Of a DNA stretch of 64,000 nucleotides, positions 1-9,906 are shown piece after piece. Positions within the stretch are counted from its first letter, which is position 1. Each line of letters opens with the position of its first letter. A program made the translations under genes and the position numbers. The stretch is from Candidatus Freyarchaeum deiterrae (lineage in GTDB: Archaea; Asgardarchaeota; Jordiarchaeia; Jordiarchaeales; Jordiarchaeaceae): NCBI GenBank assembly GCA_037305845.1, contig CP147778.1:2368001-2432000 (forward strand). Direction: 5' to 3'. The notes under the pieces were generated by a model. It was not told the DNA's origin, ran no database searches, and worked only from the letters and a program-made list of their open reading frames with translations.

Positions 1-126
1 AGCGGGGTCACCTATATTCAAATAGGTAATCTTTTTACCCTCAGCTTCAAGCTTCTCGGCGTAAACTACAAGATCTCTTATAGCGTAATTAACTTCCTTA
101 ATTCTATCAGCAATTTGAACCCGCAT
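1..126 (-). CDS. Class I/II PLP-dependent aminotransferase (AlaA/AspC-like), N-terminal fragment running off the window
   Basis: Not in the ORF track. Manual translation from the ATG at 126 gives MRVQIADRIKEVNYAIRDLVVYAEKLEAEGKKITYLNIGDPA; YAIRD...LNIGDP is typical of alanine/aspartate aminotransferase N-termini. Confidence 0.85.
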   Translation of the reverse strand, partial: MRVQIADRIKEVNYAIRDLVVYAEKLEAEGKKITYLNIGDPA

Positions 127-271
127 TAAACCACCAAAAATAAATCATAACAAGACAAGATAAAATGAAAAATCAACTTAAAAAACTTGCCCAAAAAAAT
201 AAAAAAAGAGGATATTAAAGCTCCTTTACTGAAACATTAGTGTAGAAAATAAACGATATTTGGTAACAATT

Positions 272-1903
272 TCATGTTAATCCAAGCTTCTTCTTCTCCT
301 GCGCTATCAGTTCACGCCTCAGAATCTTACCCGTACCGGTCTTAGGAATACCTTCCACGAACTCGACTTCACGGATCTTCTTGTAAGCAGAAATCCGCTC
401 GCCAACCCAATCCATAATTTCCTGTTCAGTCACTTTGCCCTTAGCTTCAGGTTTCAAAATTATGAAAGCCTTCGGAATCTGGCCAACATCAATCTCTGAG
501 GAAGGCTTGCCAATAACCGCAGCGTCGAACACGTTCGGATTTTTGTAAAGAAGATCCTCTAGTTCAGCTGGTGCTATGCTCCAACCTTTATACTTGATCA
601 TTTCCTTCAAACGGTCTACAAGATGCTCATAACCCTCCTCATCAATGTAAGCTACGTCACCAGTTCTAAGCCACTTCACGCCGGTCTTGGGATCGATCCA
701 AAAGGCGCCCTCAGTAGCTTCGGGCTTCTTCCAGTAACCCAACATCACCTGGGGTCCAGCAACTATTAACTCACCAACTTGCCCCGGCTCAGGAAGCTCC
801 TCACCAGTTTCGAGATCGATAACCTTGTGGTAAGTATCTGGAAGTAAAATGCCTTGGGACTCCATCTTGCGGCGATACATAGGATTAACAGCAACAACCG
901 GCGAAGCCTCAGTTAATCCCCAGCCATGTTGGATGATTAAATTTTGGGCGTTACACTTCTCCTTGGATAACTTATCAAATCTTTCAAGAAGCTCCATGGG
1001 AATTGGTGCGGCACCATTATTGAAAACTTTGAGGTCTGCCCAGTCGTATCCTTTTACGTTTGGATCTTCAAGGTGTCTTACTACCGCGAGGAATATTGGC
1101 GGTACGCATAGGCTGAATGTCACTCTATGCTTTTCTAGGAGTTCGCAGAATTCTTTAACGTCGAATCTTGGTACAACTACTTGTGGTGCGCCAGCCCATA
1201 TTGAAGCATTCATACAGCACGTCATTCCGTATATATGGTATAATGGTAGTACAGTCATAGCGACATCGTCTTCGCTTAAATCGAAGAGTTGAGATGTTTG
1301 AACTACGTTTGATACCAGGTTGAGGTGTGTGAGCATTGTTCCTTTGGGTAGTCCTGTTGTCCCGCTTGTGTATACCAGCGCTGCTAGATCTTTCTTCGCG
1401 TCGTATTTATATTCCGGTGGATTTGGTTTTGTTTTCGTGATTAGTTCTGTCCATCCGATTGTGCCTTTCGGCTTTTCCCCGAATTCCTGCACTATCACGT
1501 TTTTAAGTTTTGTTTTGTTCTGGACTGCTGCTACGGTGGGGTACATGAGTTGAAAAACTACAATTGTTTCTGCCCCGGAGTCGTTTGCCTCATATTCCAC
1601 TTCAGCTTCTTTGAATAATGGGTTCATAGGAACTAATATAGCACCTGCTTTGGAAATTCCGTAGAATGCGATTTCCCACTGAATCAGGTTCGGTCCGTAT
1701 AATGCTACCCTGTCTCCCTTCTTAACTCCTAAGCCTTTTAGCGCGGTGGCAAATATGTCCACTTGCTCCTTAAATTGTTTGAAAGTCATTTTTACAGGAT
1801 GCAGGAATGCTGGCCTGTCTGGAAATTTTTCGGCTGTCCATTCCAAAATTTTGTAAACAGGTACTTCAGGATAGAAGAGGTGGCCTCTTTTGTATTTAAC
1901 CAC
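272..1903 (-). CDS. Long-chain fatty acid--CoA ligase (AMP-binding, FadD/4CL-like)
   Basis: YTSGTTGLPKG P-loop, GWGLTE, RTGD, DRLKEMIK and PKTGTGKILR motifs. Confidence 0.93.
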   Translation of the reverse strand: MVKYKRGHLFYPEVPVYKILEWTAEKFPDRPAFLHPVKMTFKQFKEQVDIFATALKGLGVKKGDRVALYGPNLIQWEIAFYGISKAGAILVPMNPLFKEAEVEYEANDSGAETIVVFQLMYPTVAAVQNKTKLKNVIVQEFGEKPKGTIGWTELITKTKPNPPEYKYDAKKDLAALVYTSGTTGLPKGTMLTHLNLVSNVVQTSQLFDLSEDDVAMTVLPLYHIYGMTCCMNASIWAGAPQVVVPRFDVKEFCELLEKHRVTFSLCVPPIFLAVVRHLEDPNVKGYDWADLKVFNNGAAPIPMELLERFDKLSKEKCNAQNLIIQHGWGLTEASPVVAVNPMYRRKMESQGILLPDTYHKVIDLETGEELPEPGQVGELIVAGPQVMLGYWKKPEATEGAFWIDPKTGVKWLRTGDVAYIDEEGYEHLVDRLKEMIKYKGWSIAPAELEDLLYKNPNVFDAAVIGKPSSEIDVGQIPKAFIILKPEAKGKVTEQEIMDWVGERISAYKKIREVEFVEGIPKTGTGKILRRELIAQEKKKLGLT

Positions 1904-2005
1904 TATTTACACCTCCCAACTGTATTTTATAACTCAAAAATAAACTATATTTAGCTTTCGCTCAATAGGAAAAATTTAGATGACTTTCTGATGGTTATAC
2001 CTGTT

Positions 2006-3571
2006 TCACTTTATTTTTGATATTAGCGTTTCCAGCTCGGTTTTTGTTCCTGGGACTCCTTTTGATCTGGCTATCGTTTCTATGTACAGTTTTAGTGGGC
2101 TTTGGTATCCGTATTTTTCGGCTAGATTTTTGTTGAATCCACTTCTTTTGGCTAGCTTTTCTAGGAGATTTTGGGATAAGGATCCAAACTGCATGGCAAT
2201 CTTTGGACGATTAACCAGAATTTCGGGTAGTTCAATTTTTTCGGCGATTTTTCTTGAGATGAATTTTCTGATATAGGTTGAGTTGTTTTTTACAATTTTG
2301 TACTGCGGAGGGACAGATAGGGCGTATTTTACAAATTCATAGTCTAGGTACGGTAACTTTAGTTCGATTGAATTGGCCATACCTGTGGCATCGTCTCTTT
2401 GAATGTTTCCTTCAGCCATTTCCTTAACGTCTTTGAATAGAGCTTGGTGTAGAGCGGAGTATCCGCCTGATTCTAGAACTTGTACATACTTTGCGTATCC
2501 TCCGAAGAGTTCATCCGCCCCATTTCCCGAAATCATGAATTTTAGACCATCGCTTTTGGCTTGCTGTGCTGAGAAAAATAGGGGGAGGGTGATGCCTAAT
2601 TTCATTGGATTAGTTTCTTCGCTCATGTAAACAATGTTTGGCAGGTTTTCCTGCAGGTTTTCTAGCGTCATGAAATTAATTTTGAGGGGTAATCCTAATT
2701 TCTCCGCGGCTTGGATTGCATTTCCAATGTCCTTTGAGCCCTCCACGCCGGAACAGTATAAGACGGGTTCGTATCCCGAGTCTTGGATAATTTTGGTTAA
2801 TATAGCGCTGTCTAGGCCCCCAGAAAAAAGTATTCCTAATTGTTTATTTTTTATTCTTTTTTCTAAAGACTCTTTTAGGAGTTTTAGTAGTTTCTGTTCC
2901 GCGGTTTCGAGGCTTAATTTCTCATCGTATTCTTCTTTGAGGTTTTCAATGTAACTGATTTTTGTTCCCGATTCCGCTATTATTGCCCAAGACGAGGGAG
3001 GTAAGGGATGTATATCTAGCATTCCTATGCTCCATAGAGCCTTTCTCTCGCTGGCGAAGGCTATTGTTCCATTTCTCTCGGATACGTATAGCGGTTTAAC
3101 ACCAATGGGGTCTCTGGCTATGAGGAGCAAATTTTTGTAGAATAATGCGAAGGAGTAGACTCCATCCAGAAAGTTTAACGTCTGTTCCATCGCAAGCGAA
3201 ATATCGGAATTTGCGGAAAGAAATTTTTCGAAAAGAAGCTGAATTGACTCCTTATCAACCGAAAAATGTTTATTATCTGTTAGCTCTTCGACGCGGCTCC
3301 GATTATAAATCTCTCCATCACAAACAAGTGATAAATCTAATTCATCATGTTGAAAGGGTTGCTCGGTGTCTCTTGATGTCGCACCAATGCCAATGTTACC
3401 CTCTATGCCGCAATCTAATAATTTCTCGATTCTTTTTTCTCTGCAAATATTATGATTCAGGTCTATTCCTACAAAATTTGAGCCTCTGTGCAAGGTTACT
3501 TGAATCATCTTTATGAGATTTTGAAGGACATTTTCTCCACTTTTACTGTAGACGCCAACAATTGAGCTCAA
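2006..3571 (-). CDS. Asparagine synthetase B-like protein (Ntn domain + PP-loop synthetase) lacking the N-terminal Cys
   Basis: DGEIYN, RDPIGVKPLY, SGGLDS and SGNGADELFGGY motifs; N-terminus reads MSSIVG rather than MCGI. Confidence 0.85.
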   Translation of the reverse strand: MSSIVGVYSKSGENVLQNLIKMIQVTLHRGSNFVGIDLNHNICREKRIEKLLDCGIEGNIGIGATSRDTEQPFQHDELDLSLVCDGEIYNRSRVEELTDNKHFSVDKESIQLLFEKFLSANSDISLAMEQTLNFLDGVYSFALFYKNLLLIARDPIGVKPLYVSERNGTIAFASERKALWSIGMLDIHPLPPSSWAIIAESGTKISYIENLKEEYDEKLSLETAEQKLLKLLKESLEKRIKNKQLGILFSGGLDSAILTKIIQDSGYEPVLYCSGVEGSKDIGNAIQAAEKLGLPLKINFMTLENLQENLPNIVYMSEETNPMKLGITLPLFFSAQQAKSDGLKFMISGNGADELFGGYAKYVQVLESGGYSALHQALFKDVKEMAEGNIQRDDATGMANSIELKLPYLDYEFVKYALSVPPQYKIVKNNSTYIRKFISRKIAEKIELPEILVNRPKIAMQFGSLSQNLLEKLAKRSGFNKNLAEKYGYQSPLKLYIETIARSKGVPGTKTELETLISKIK

Positions 3572-3658
3572 TTATGCGACATCCTTATTTTTCCTAAAAC
3601 ACGTGTCTACTACTATTATTATTTTTATCTAAGATTTGCGTTCGAAGGAGTAAAAGAA

Positions 3659-4957
3659 ATGCAGGAAACAAACATTGTTGAACCTTTCGATGTCAATGAG
3701 GATCTTTTTATTCCGAATCACAATCAAAACATCTTCATGACTATGCCCACAGCATTTAGGATGCTGGGTGTTAATGCTGGTGACCGGAAAAGTCTTTTTG
3801 ATAACAAGAATTGTAGATGGATGCTTGAGGAAAACGAGTGTCTGGATGCTGAGAATGTTGTCAATGTGATAGTGGATTCTATAGGCACCCAACAATTTCC
3901 CCAGGCAGATAGGCTCTTTAGAATTTATGAAAAACTAAATGGAACAGTTCTAAGTTCAATTTTTCCCACAATCACCTCCGCCGCTATTCCCTCCATACAT
4001 TCTGGTTTGCCCCCAGAAAGACATGGAATAATGGGACACAAGATTCTCTTCACCCATCTGGGTAGCGTAGTAGACACTCTTAAATTGGCTTCCGTAAGCG
4101 CCCCCGGCTTCGATTTGTTATACAGAAGCGGAATAGATGTTAAACTGTTACTGCTAGAAAGGGGAATTTATAACCTCCTAAAGGAAGAGAATGTGGTCCA
4201 CGCCGAATTGCTACCCTGGGATATAGCGGGTACTGGTCTTTCGCATCTACTTGAAACTGAAAAAGTGAGTATAGGTTATTCTGAAATAATAGATGGTTTT
4301 TCTCTAGCCAAGAGAATATTAGAAAAATATGAAGGCCATAAGACTTTAATCAATATTTACGTGGGTTTAATGGATTCAATGAGTCACGTTTACGGTCCCT
4401 ACAGTGACGAATACAAATACGCTATGCATCACATTGAGGATGTGATTCTTAATTTTACTAAAGGCTTGAATGAAAATATTGCGAAGAAATCTGTTATAAC
4501 TCTAATTAGTGATCATGGTCAGGATGGACTGGAAAAGAAAAAAAAGATGATTGTAAAAGAGACGGAGATTGCAGAAGTTTCAAAGTTTCTCAGATTTCCA
4601 CCAGGAAGATCGGGACGCGTAATGCACTTTTATGTCAAAGAAGATGGGTCGCAGGATGTGGTGGACTGGCTTACTAAAAAAGTCGGGGATAATGGGTTGG
4701 CTTTAACTTTCAACGAAATTCAAAGTAAACTTTTACCTGAAACTAGAGATTTAGACGCCATTCGATCCAGAGTGGGCGATGTAGTACTCATAATGAAAAA
4801 AGGTGCGGAAATGAAGACAGAAAAAGAAGAAGAAGAAAATAGAGCGGAAATAATAGAAAAGACATTTCTAGGTTCTCACGGTTCTATAACATTGAATGAG
4901 GTAACAGTACCGTATATGGCATCAAATATTAATAAGATAAAAAATTTTATAGAATGA
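3659..4957 (+). CDS. Alkaline phosphatase superfamily nucleotide pyrophosphatase/phosphodiesterase
   Basis: VDSIG, FPTITSAA (Thr nucleophile), DSMSHVYGP, SDHGQ and GSHGS motifs. Confidence 0.85.
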   Translation: MQETNIVEPFDVNEDLFIPNHNQNIFMTMPTAFRMLGVNAGDRKSLFDNKNCRWMLEENECLDAENVVNVIVDSIGTQQFPQADRLFRIYEKLNGTVLSSIFPTITSAAIPSIHSGLPPERHGIMGHKILFTHLGSVVDTLKLASVSAPGFDLLYRSGIDVKLLLLERGIYNLLKEENVVHAELLPWDIAGTGLSHLLETEKVSIGYSEIIDGFSLAKRILEKYEGHKTLINIYVGLMDSMSHVYGPYSDEYKYAMHHIEDVILNFTKGLNENIAKKSVITLISDHGQDGLEKKKKMIVKETEIAEVSKFLRFPPGRSGRVMHFYVKEDGSQDVVDWLTKKVGDNGLALTFNEIQSKLLPETRDLDAIRSRVGDVVLIMKKGAEMKTEKEEEENRAEIIEKTFLGSHGSITLNEVTVPYMASNINKIKNFIE

Positions 4958-5691
4958 TTAGAAAATTATTCTTTGTGGCGAAAGAAATGGTAAAAGTATC
5001 TATTATTATCCCCACCCTCAATGAGGAGCGTTACCTCCCAGACTGTATTAACTCCATTTCAAATCAGACCTTACCCCGAAACATGTACGAAATAATCGTG
5101 GCGGACAGCCATAGTTCTGACCGAACTCCCGAAATAGCAAAAAAATACGCTGATCATCTATTGAATGTCCCAAGAGAGGGAGCTGGAGCTGCTCGAAACG
5201 AAGGCGCTAAAATCGCTAAAGGCGAAATACTATTGTTTCTAGACGCTGACACCACGATAAGTAAAAATTTCTTAGAAGAACTTGTGAAAAATTGTGATGA
5301 AAAGCCTGTAGTGGGTGGTACTTGCGATATTTATCCCAGCGACGGCACTCCTTTTGGAAATGCCTTTTTCAAGTTAATTAACATTATTTATAAACTAGTT
5401 TACTTTCTCGGTAAGCCTCACGCTCAAACCAAGTGTTGCTTTTATAAAAAAAATGCCTTCAGATTACTTGGAGGTTTTAATAAGAATCTAATTATTACAG
5501 AAGATCAAGAAATGGCATGGAGAGCCGGTAAAATAGGAAAAATTATTTACCTACCAACTACCCAAGCATTTTCCTCAATGAGGAGAGAAAAAACAGTAGG
5601 GTATGTAAAAACAGTTATGGATTGGTCAAAAAATTACTTTAGTGTTCTTCTCTTTAAAAGATCCGCACAAGTTTGGCATCCCATAAGATAA
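4954..5691 (+). CDS. Glycosyltransferase family 2
   Basis: SIIIPTLNEE, ARNEGA, FLDAD and EDQE motifs. Confidence 0.9.
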   Translation: MIRKLFFVAKEMVKVSIIIPTLNEERYLPDCINSISNQTLPRNMYEIIVADSHSSDRTPEIAKKYADHLLNVPREGAGAARNEGAKIAKGEILLFLDADTTISKNFLEELVKNCDEKPVVGGTCDIYPSDGTPFGNAFFKLINIIYKLVYFLGKPHAQTKCCFYKKNAFRLLGGFNKNLIITEDQEMAWRAGKIGKIIYLPTTQAFSSMRREKTVGYVKTVMDWSKNYFSVLLFKRSAQVWHPIR

Positions 5692-5790
5692 ATAAATCCA
5701 CAAAATGGTTTAGACTCGTAAAGGAAATATTCGCAAAAGATTCATAATAACAGATAAAATTGGAAATTTTTTGAATCGGAAAACCGAATA

Positions 5791-6417
5791 GTGGTTCGGA
5801 TGAGTCTAATAGATATGCATATACATACTACATTCTCGCCTTGTTCTAAAATTAGTATTTATGATGCCATGGTGACCGCGCTCGACCTAGGTTTGACCGG
5901 AATAGCAATTACGGATCACGACACGATAGAGGGAGCTTTAAAGGCTAGTCGCACCGCGAGCAAATATGGAATAACTGTTTTCATCGGGTGCGAAGTAACA
6001 TCACTCGAAGGCCACATCCTGGCATACGGTATTTCCGAAAGTCTTCCTATAAATCTATATGCCAATGATGCTATCGATAGAATTCACAGTCTTGGCGGAA
6101 TAGCCGTAGCCGCTCATCCCTTCAGAAACATTGAAAACAGTTTAAACAACAAAATATTTGAACTCCCACTAGACGGTATCGAAGTATTTAACCACGTTCC
6201 CAGAAGAAGTGTAAACAAAGAGGCAAGAACTGCGGCTATAGAAATGGGAATCGCTCAAACAAGCGGAAGCGACGCACATGAGTCAAAATACATAGGGCGG
6301 GTTGCCACGCAATTCAAAGATGAAATATACAATGATGATTCTTTAATAGAAGCCATAAGAAAAAAGGCCTGCAAACCTACCGTACCCAGAAAAAGCCCCC
6401 GACATAAATCAAGGTAA
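5791..6417 (+). CDS. PHP-domain phosphoesterase
   Basis: DMHIHT, AITDHD, GHIL, AHPFR and GSDAH motifs. Confidence 0.9.
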   Translation: MVRMSLIDMHIHTTFSPCSKISIYDAMVTALDLGLTGIAITDHDTIEGALKASRTASKYGITVFIGCEVTSLEGHILAYGISESLPINLYANDAIDRIHSLGGIAVAAHPFRNIENSLNNKIFELPLDGIEVFNHVPRRSVNKEARTAAIEMGIAQTSGSDAHESKYIGRVATQFKDEIYNDDSLIEAIRKKACKPTVPRKSPRHKSR

Positions 6418-6542
6418 AAATTTCATGCCTTTACTGATGAAAGAAAATAAAAAGTATGCTGCGTTGCCATTAACCAGCATATCGTAGCAAGGGGTGAAGC
6501 AAAACCCTTATTGGAAATTGAGACAGCACGGTTACAAGCTTA

Positions 6543-7424
6543 CTACTTTTCCTTTTTGGAACGACCAGTTGACTGTTTTGCTTTACTCGGCTTAAACGTG
6601 CCTACTAAATCGCGAAGATGGGACACCATTTCTTCTTTCAGGGGCTCAACGGAAACATCTTTGTCTGTGCTTTCCTTCAAAAATTCAATCGCCTGAACTA
6701 CACCGTTTTCCACAAGTATTCTCGGAATAAAATCTTCTGCCAGAAAAATCCCCTCAGGAGGATTAACACGTTCCAATCTTTTCTCAAAACTCTCCTTACC
6801 GAAAACACTTGTCTTGCTTTCCTTAATTGCGTATAACGCATGACCCGAAATAACGAGTTCTCTAGCCAGTCCTTTCGGAACTTCGATCTTCTCAAGCTTG
6901 GCCATAATCTCATTTTCATTTACTCTCGGCTGCTCAACTTGAGCTGTGGTAACTCTAGGGCTGGGCTGTGTCTTGATAGTCACTTTTGGCTCTGGTGCCG
7001 GCGCTTCCGCTGTGACTAGTTTTTGCGCTGTTGGTTTTGGTTTTGGTGTTGGCTTTGGAGTTGGTTCTGGTTCCGTTACGGGTTCTGTTACTGTTTCAGG
7101 GGCCGGAGCTGGGGCTGCTTTTGGTTTTTTGCTAGGTTTCATTCCAATTAGGGCAAGGAAGTCCGCTTCTTCGTCAGTTTCATCCATAGCTACTACTTTG
7201 TAAGCGAATCCGTATTCTGTTCTGAGACCTGATGCTTGACGCGCTCCAATGAATTTTTTGCTAACAGGGCTGTTTTTTCCCTTCCAGAGGTAGATTTTTT
7301 TGTTATTCTCAGCAATAACAATAAGTACTTTCTCACTCGATAGAACATTCTTGTCGAGTCGGTCTATATTATCCAGTTCTCCGTCTGCTCTAACATCATA
7401 GACCACAAGGCTCATCATAATCAC
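6543..7424 (-). CDS. Gelsolin-like domain protein with Pro/Thr/Glu-rich linker and unknown C-terminal domain
   Basis: LSSEKVLIVI...IYLWKGKNSPVSKKFIGA...ETDEEADFL resembles a gelsolin repeat, followed by an APAPAPE/PEPTPKP linker. Confidence 0.7.
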   Translation of the reverse strand: MIMMSLVVYDVRADGELDNIDRLDKNVLSSEKVLIVIAENNKKIYLWKGKNSPVSKKFIGARQASGLRTEYGFAYKVVAMDETDEEADFLALIGMKPSKKPKAAPAPAPETVTEPVTEPEPTPKPTPKPKPTAQKLVTAEAPAPEPKVTIKTQPSPRVTTAQVEQPRVNENEIMAKLEKIEVPKGLARELVISGHALYAIKESKTSVFGKESFEKRLERVNPPEGIFLAEDFIPRILVENGVVQAIEFLKESTDKDVSVEPLKEEMVSHLRDLVGTFKPSKAKQSTGRSKKEK

Positions 7425-7816
7425 TTTCTCGCACTTTTCTCATTCATTTATTGTATTTTATGAGTTTAAAACATTTCCATTACTATTCTAATTGCTTTTA
7501 CTGTTTTTTTATCTTTCGGGTTTTTTAAAATATATTTCCAGATTCATACTGCATTTACAACTTTTGGGCTTATCTTTTTCATTGATTATCAAATCTTGTA
7601 AAACCCACATGATTTATTCGAAGTTTCTGAAACCACTCTTCTCGGGCAACAATTCGGCGTATTAAGATATTTTCTCATTATAAATTTATTTGATTGATGA
7701 AAGTCCATGGAAACGGATACGTTTAATTTGTTTACCTGCATATTATATATTTGTTTTAACATTTTTAAAATGATTTGTAAAGTCTATTTTCTCTGCACAA
7801 ATCAAGGCGATTAGCG

Positions 7817-8350
7817 ATGCCCAAAACGGTGCCCAAAACAAGCGGTGAGAGTTTGAGTAGTTTGATTGAACATTTCAATTCAATTGGGAGCACAATCAAT
7901 GATTTGACCAAAACCTTTGGTAAGATACTAAGCGAAACTGATAATCGTCTAAAAGAAGCAGAAGCAAAAAATTCGGAACTTGAGGCATTCCTAAAAAAAG
8001 GTGATTCCTCTTTAAAAAATGATTTGGAAAAATTGAATGGGGCTCACGAGAATTTAAAGAACGAATTCGTGCAGAGAGAGGCGGAGATTCAGAGATCAAT
8101 TAAAAGCCTTACAGAGAACCAGAAGCGCATTCTATCCGCTCAGGGATCTCTTGAAATTTCTATTCAAAAACTAGAACAGAAATTTGACCAGCTAAATACA
8201 CAGATGGAAAAACGCTTACTGGAAATCTCCGAGAACATATCAAATGTAATATCTCCAGTGGAGAACTGGAACAAGGAAATGAACGCCATAAAAGCGGAGG
8301 TAGGTAGACTATCTCGTGAAATAGAAAAAAGACTTTTGGGTGAGAAGTAA
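7817..8350 (+). CDS. Coiled-coil protein of unknown function
   Basis: Continuous heptad pattern; stop codon abuts the next start. Confidence 0.7.
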   Translation: MPKTVPKTSGESLSSLIEHFNSIGSTINDLTKTFGKILSETDNRLKEAEAKNSELEAFLKKGDSSLKNDLEKLNGAHENLKNEFVQREAEIQRSIKSLTENQKRILSAQGSLEISIQKLEQKFDQLNTQMEKRLLEISENISNVISPVENWNKEMNAIKAEVGRLSREIEKRLLGEK

Positions 8351-9811
8351 ATGCTGGAATTTGAGGATACCAAATCAGGAACAATACATCGTTTTTATAT
8401 TGTAGACGCTCACCACCATTTAGGACAAGATGTTGATGGTCACAATAATCGAAACCCACTTGCACCCGGCGGAACATTCGATTTCTACGTCAAAGTAGGA
8501 GGACAACTTTCACAAATTTTTTCCGATAAACCTGATATTTTTAGAATTAGTCCCTGCGGTTTTATGAACGAGTTTATGCGAAATAATGAGAAGTGGAAAG
8601 ATACTCTGGATGGAACGTGGGCTGTGGATCAGACCGTTGTCTTCCCTTTCAACGATGATTTCAAGTGGCGGGAGGGAGACGAAGGTAATGCAACTTACTG
8701 GCGTTCTAACGATAATATCTCGAGGTGGGTTACCCGAGCCCCATATTCCTTTAGGTTGATCGGTTTCGGAAGAGTGGTTCCAACCGAGGGCGAACTAGCG
8801 ATAAAAGAGCTGCATAGAATGGTAGAAACCCTAGGGCTTAGAGGATTAAAGGTTCATCCGCGATCAGACGGTTGGAGTAGTAACATAGTTTCCCCAGAAG
8901 TAAAAAACATTCTAGTGGAAGCGGCAAAACTTAACATTCCAGTCCTCTTTGATACTAGAGGCTTTGGTCAGGTAATGGATATAAATGAAGTAACAAATAT
9001 GGCTAGAAGTGAACTAAAATCTATAGATAAGTCGCTTGTGGACAATCTCAGAGTAATTATGGCACATATCGGTTTTCACTTGGGGCATGATGAACTGTTC
9101 ACAGTATTGAGCCATCCTAACCTCTATGGTGATGTCTCAGGGGTTCATGATGCAGGGGTTTCTAGATTATTCGAAGAAGCCAAAGAAATTATGCCACCCA
9201 ATCTAGGAAGATATAGAAACTGGTCAGAGAAAATACTTTTTGGGACTGACTATAACTACTTTGATGTACCGCACGCGGTTCAATTCATGTCATATGTTCT
9301 GAGTAAAGATTTCCCAGGAACTCCCGAAGACGCGCAGCGTGTTCTGGGATCCAATATTTTGAAACTGGTTCCTCCATTCAAAAGGGAAACAAAAACAACT
9401 TTCACAAAGGTTCATGTGCCAATTGAATTAGCGGAGTTAACAGAAAACACATTAGCAAAACAGGTCGCGGGAATAGCTAACAATGAATCATACGATATTT
9501 CCGGCGTTGACTTTTTCATAGATCCGCATCCTAACTTTCAAGTTAGGCCTCGCGACTTCAAGATAACAATATCCCACAAGGAAAACAATCATCAGGAAGA
9601 CATAAACCTTATAGTAATTTCGGTATTAGATATACTAACAGTAGCCAGATTAGATAACGATATGATGAACGCTTCACCAATAAAAAACAGAATACTTCGA
9701 TACGACGACGCAATTTCACGCAGATCATTCTACGAAAAGCTCTGGCCCAAAAACCTGGAAACCAATCCTCAAAAAATGTCCGATTTCATAAAATCGATAA
9801 CCCAAACTTGA
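8351..9811 (+). CDS. Amidohydrolase (TIM-barrel, amidohydro_2-like) with extra C-terminal domain
   Basis: DAHHH, GLKVHP, MAHIG and LFGTDY motifs. Confidence 0.85.
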   Translation: MLEFEDTKSGTIHRFYIVDAHHHLGQDVDGHNNRNPLAPGGTFDFYVKVGGQLSQIFSDKPDIFRISPCGFMNEFMRNNEKWKDTLDGTWAVDQTVVFPFNDDFKWREGDEGNATYWRSNDNISRWVTRAPYSFRLIGFGRVVPTEGELAIKELHRMVETLGLRGLKVHPRSDGWSSNIVSPEVKNILVEAAKLNIPVLFDTRGFGQVMDINEVTNMARSELKSIDKSLVDNLRVIMAHIGFHLGHDELFTVLSHPNLYGDVSGVHDAGVSRLFEEAKEIMPPNLGRYRNWSEKILFGTDYNYFDVPHAVQFMSYVLSKDFPGTPEDAQRVLGSNILKLVPPFKRETKTTFTKVHVPIELAELTENTLAKQVAGIANNESYDISGVDFFIDPHPNFQVRPRDFKITISHKENNHQEDINLIVISVLDILTVARLDNDMMNASPIKNRILRYDDAISRRSFYEKLWPKNLETNPQKMSDFIKSITQT

Positions 9812-9906
9812 TAATTCAAACTAAAATGATAATAAAAAATAACCACTCCCCTTCTTTAACAAATTAAATTTGTTAGTCAACACAGAAAGATGGGAGGAAA
9901 GCAAAA

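Noticed and set aside
6420-6545. Possible tRNA/ncRNA in intergenic gaps (also 17290-17335 and 41330-41600)
   Set aside because: No cloverleaf or TTCGA T-loop with a matching acceptor stem could be built.
7817-8350. Pup/UBact-like modifier for the GCS2 ligase
   Set aside because: It is a 177-aa coiled coil ending in LLGEK, not a short disordered protein ending in GGE/GGQ.
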